A stretch of 64,000 nucleotides of DNA, from positions 186,001 through 250,000 of the forward strand of contig NIVC01001046.1 in the NCBI GenBank assembly GCA_002269645.1. The letters are read 5' to 3'. The notes under the pieces are model-generated. The model ran no database searches. It worked only from the letters and a program-made list of their open reading frames with translations, and was not told the origin of the DNA. This DNA comes from Macrostomum lignano (Eukaryota). Positions 61,500-64,000 of this stretch are shown here, piece after piece. Both the position numbers and the translations under genes were made by a program. Each line of letters begins with the position of its first letter. Position 1 is the first letter of the stretch.

Positions 61500-64000
61500 G
61501 TATTCAGCATGCCAGTGAAGTATGAGACAGACCAGGCCTATGGGCTAAGGTCTGCGATGCTCCACGCCTGCCCCTATCTTCAGCAGGTCAAGGCTGGTGG
61601 GAGGTCTGCACCCGCTGGTGCTGGAGGTTTCGCAAGTCGACCCAGGGGTAACCCGTCCCCGCGAGTGTTCAAGGCAAACCCTAGGACTGCCGGACAGACT
61701 GGGCTCCGACGCTGGGGCCACTGCCAACAAGGAGTTTCCTTCGGGAGCTACCTTTGCGGTGAAGGCCAAGGCCAAAATCCCGGGAGTGATCATTCAAGGT
61801 CGCGACCAGGACTGGACCACTGATCAGCTTCAAAGAGTGTGGAGTGCTGTTGACTCCTATCTGATTCAGCTGACTATCGAGGAGGGAATCTCCATCGGCA
61901 CATTCGTTCTTATTGCTCCTAGCAGTGAGGAGGACGCTCAGCAGCTGCTCCAGCGGCTGCCGACGGTCTCCTTGGATGCTGACCTCGGCGGAGCCTTTTT
62001 TCTTCGCGAAGGCCAGCGTCCAAAGACAATACCCTACGTGGTTTTTGTCCCTGCAAAGAGCACCAGACGTTATTCGCCGGGTCCTACTGCGTCTGAACCC
62101 CGACCTCCCTGCTAGTGGACTGGTGTATCAACGTAGCTCGTAATATCCGCAGGGGGGAGACGGGCAAATCAATCGTCCTCGGCCTTTCCAAAGCTTGGGC
62201 GAGTCGGTACCCTAACGGATCCTCTTTCCAGCTGGGTGCCCTCAAGCTCAAGATGCACCGAGGAAAGTCTGCCAAAGGGAAGGCTTCTGCCAACCCCGGC
62301 ATCTCCGGCAAGAGCGGGGTGCAGTCTAAGGCCCAAGGAAAGGCGCAAGCCGATCCCAAAACCGGAGCTGCATCTCGCCCCTCTGCTAGCAGCAGTTCGG
62401 CCACCGCGGTAACGGCTCCGGCCAAGCCCCGGGAACCGAACCTGCCAGCCGGAGAAGGAGTTGAGGACGAGGCCGGGTCTTCGGAATCCGAGCTCTCCTC
62501 GGCCACCCTGGTGGGGTCTGAAGGCATGAGGAGATGAGGAAGCTTCTTCCATCCTGTCACCGGAGCCCGAGGACTCTGCTGGGGGGGCTGGTGGGGATGA
62601 GGAGACCATGGACGTCGACCAACTCCCATCTCCCAGTCAAGCCCCAGCGGCCTGGGACAAGGACGATTTGCTGTCCAAGTCTCTTTGATGGCCCGGGGCT
62701 CTAGCCAGACATTGCATTTAATACAGTATGACTAAGCTTCACGCTGCCAAAGGAGCGAAATTCTGTCTGCAAATAAATTTACAGCATTGCGTATCTGCGT
62801 CAGTAAATCTGATGAAGATTGCTGAGCTGTACAGGCCAGGCCTCATCCTGATCCAGGAACCCTGGATGCGCAACGGTAAGTTTCCTAACATTCCCTCTGG
62901 CTACTCTGATTTTTATGTGTGTGGCCCGGGGAACAGCCGCCCTAGAGCGGCTATCCTCGCTGCCAGTCATTTCCATGCTTGGCTGAGGACTGATCTCTCA
63001 GATGGAGACCTCTGTGTCATCCAATTTAATCATCTCTCTCCGCGGACGTGTCTCGTTGCTTCGATTTATATTCCAGGCGACAGAGACCCTGCACCTGAGA
63101 GTCTACTACGCCTTGCGCAGTACTGCGAGTCCCAGAACGCTGAGCTGTGCTTAGGGGGCGACCTCAACGCACACCATAAGCACTGGGGCAGCAAAGACAC
63201 CAATACTAGAGGGGAGGAGCTTCTGGCCCTTATCTCTAATACAAACCTCATGCTCTGCAACCGCGGTAGCACTCCTACCTTTAACAATGGCAGATGGACT
63301 GATGTCCTCGATGTCACACTCGTTACCCAAGACTCTTTGACAGAGTTGAGGAGTGGAGAGTCTTGTCTGAGGAGCCCTCCCTGTCTGACCACTGCTTTAT
63401 CGCCTTTAACATCCCGGACACTAAACCCCAGTCCTCGATCACTTGGAGGCGTAACATCCGCAACACTGATTGGGCAGCCTATAAGGCTACCCGTGATCTG
63501 CACCTGCAGGAACTCACGGACTTACGTTCGATTGAGACCTGCGAGGATGTGGACCATGCGGCTGGTAGGGCCTCGGACTGCAGGACCGCCCTCACAGAAC
63601 GAAAGGCAGCCCAGGCAAGCCCGCGGCGGCGTCGCAGGTCCTCGCGAGAGTCTGGAACCAGACCGCCGAGGTAGACGAACTGCTGACATCGCGGGAGCTC
63701 GGTCGCCTGCCCGTCAGCGCCTCGGCAGAATATTGCAGCCTCGATGTCGTCCGGCACGCAGAGCACGACGGTCTTCTGCGTGTTGACCACCATGCCGACG
63801 CTCGCCGCAACGCTTGCATTATTGCAGCCTATGAAGCGGCCTGCCCTGTCCGCACCTACAAAGGCAAGACCTCGTCGCCGTGGTGGAACCCGGAGCTGGG
63901 GAAACTCAAGCGGAAGGCCAAAAGCCTTCACCGCCGTGCCATGAAGATCGGAAACCCGAAGGACATGGAGCTTTTCCGACAAGCCTCCCGCAACTTCAAA
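61500..64000 (+). mobile_element. Non-LTR retrotransposon (LOA/R1-type): frameshifted ORF1 (~61597-62540) and ORF2 APE endonuclease from 62728, continuing past the window
   Basis: ORF2 has QINLQH..LILIQEPW..PRAAI..GDLNAHHKHWGSKDTNTRGEEL..PTF..LDVT, then SDHCFI..RNIRNTDW and PWWNPELGKLKRK. ORF1 has VLLRLNPDLP (DUF4780-like). Frameshifts are present. Confidence 0.88.
63565..63810 (-). mobile_element. Internal RT fragment of an RTE-type LINE inserted in inverted orientation in the LOA/R1 ORF2
   Basis: ASVGMVVNTQKTVVL..LPRCQQFVYLGGLV..DLRRRRGLAWAAF..VLQSEALP corresponds to RT domains 6-7 and the downstream region of RTE-like elements. The host ORF2 resumes on the plus strand after it (IIAAYEAACP). 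Confidence 0.75.

Overview
Animal (eukaryotic) genomic DNA. The gene style (Ala/Gln/Ser-rich coding exons, a different minisatellite in nearly every intron) resembles Macrostomum-type flatworms, but that is an inference. Spliced host genes reconstructed by hand: a TMEM8/PGAP6-family membrane protein (minus strand, at least 27311 down to 20324), a FoxD transcription factor (35596-37688) and an ELAV-family RNA-binding protein (49782-59597) that appears to lack RRM3. The dominant structure is a diverged ~8 kb inverted duplication (about 6985-14980 versus 25065-34148). The left arm is the upstream region plus 5' exons of the TMEM8 gene, truncated inside an exon and enclosed by a TIR element with a 10-bp direct repeat (Pack-MULE-like capture). 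Between the arms lies a Crypton-type tyrosine recombinase gene (18316 down to 16785) bracketed by related palindromes. Old repeats at ~100-9700 and ~29650-34150 show near-total CpG loss plus CpA>TpA and TpG>TpA changes, a RIP-like signature. Also present: arm-specific TIR insertions with empty sites in the other arm, a decayed THAP-domain element, a LOA/R1-type LINE carrying an inverted RTE fragment, and more than 20 tandem arrays. Most long ORFs in the supplied track are tandem-repeat artefacts. No CRISPR array, rRNA or convincing tRNA was found.
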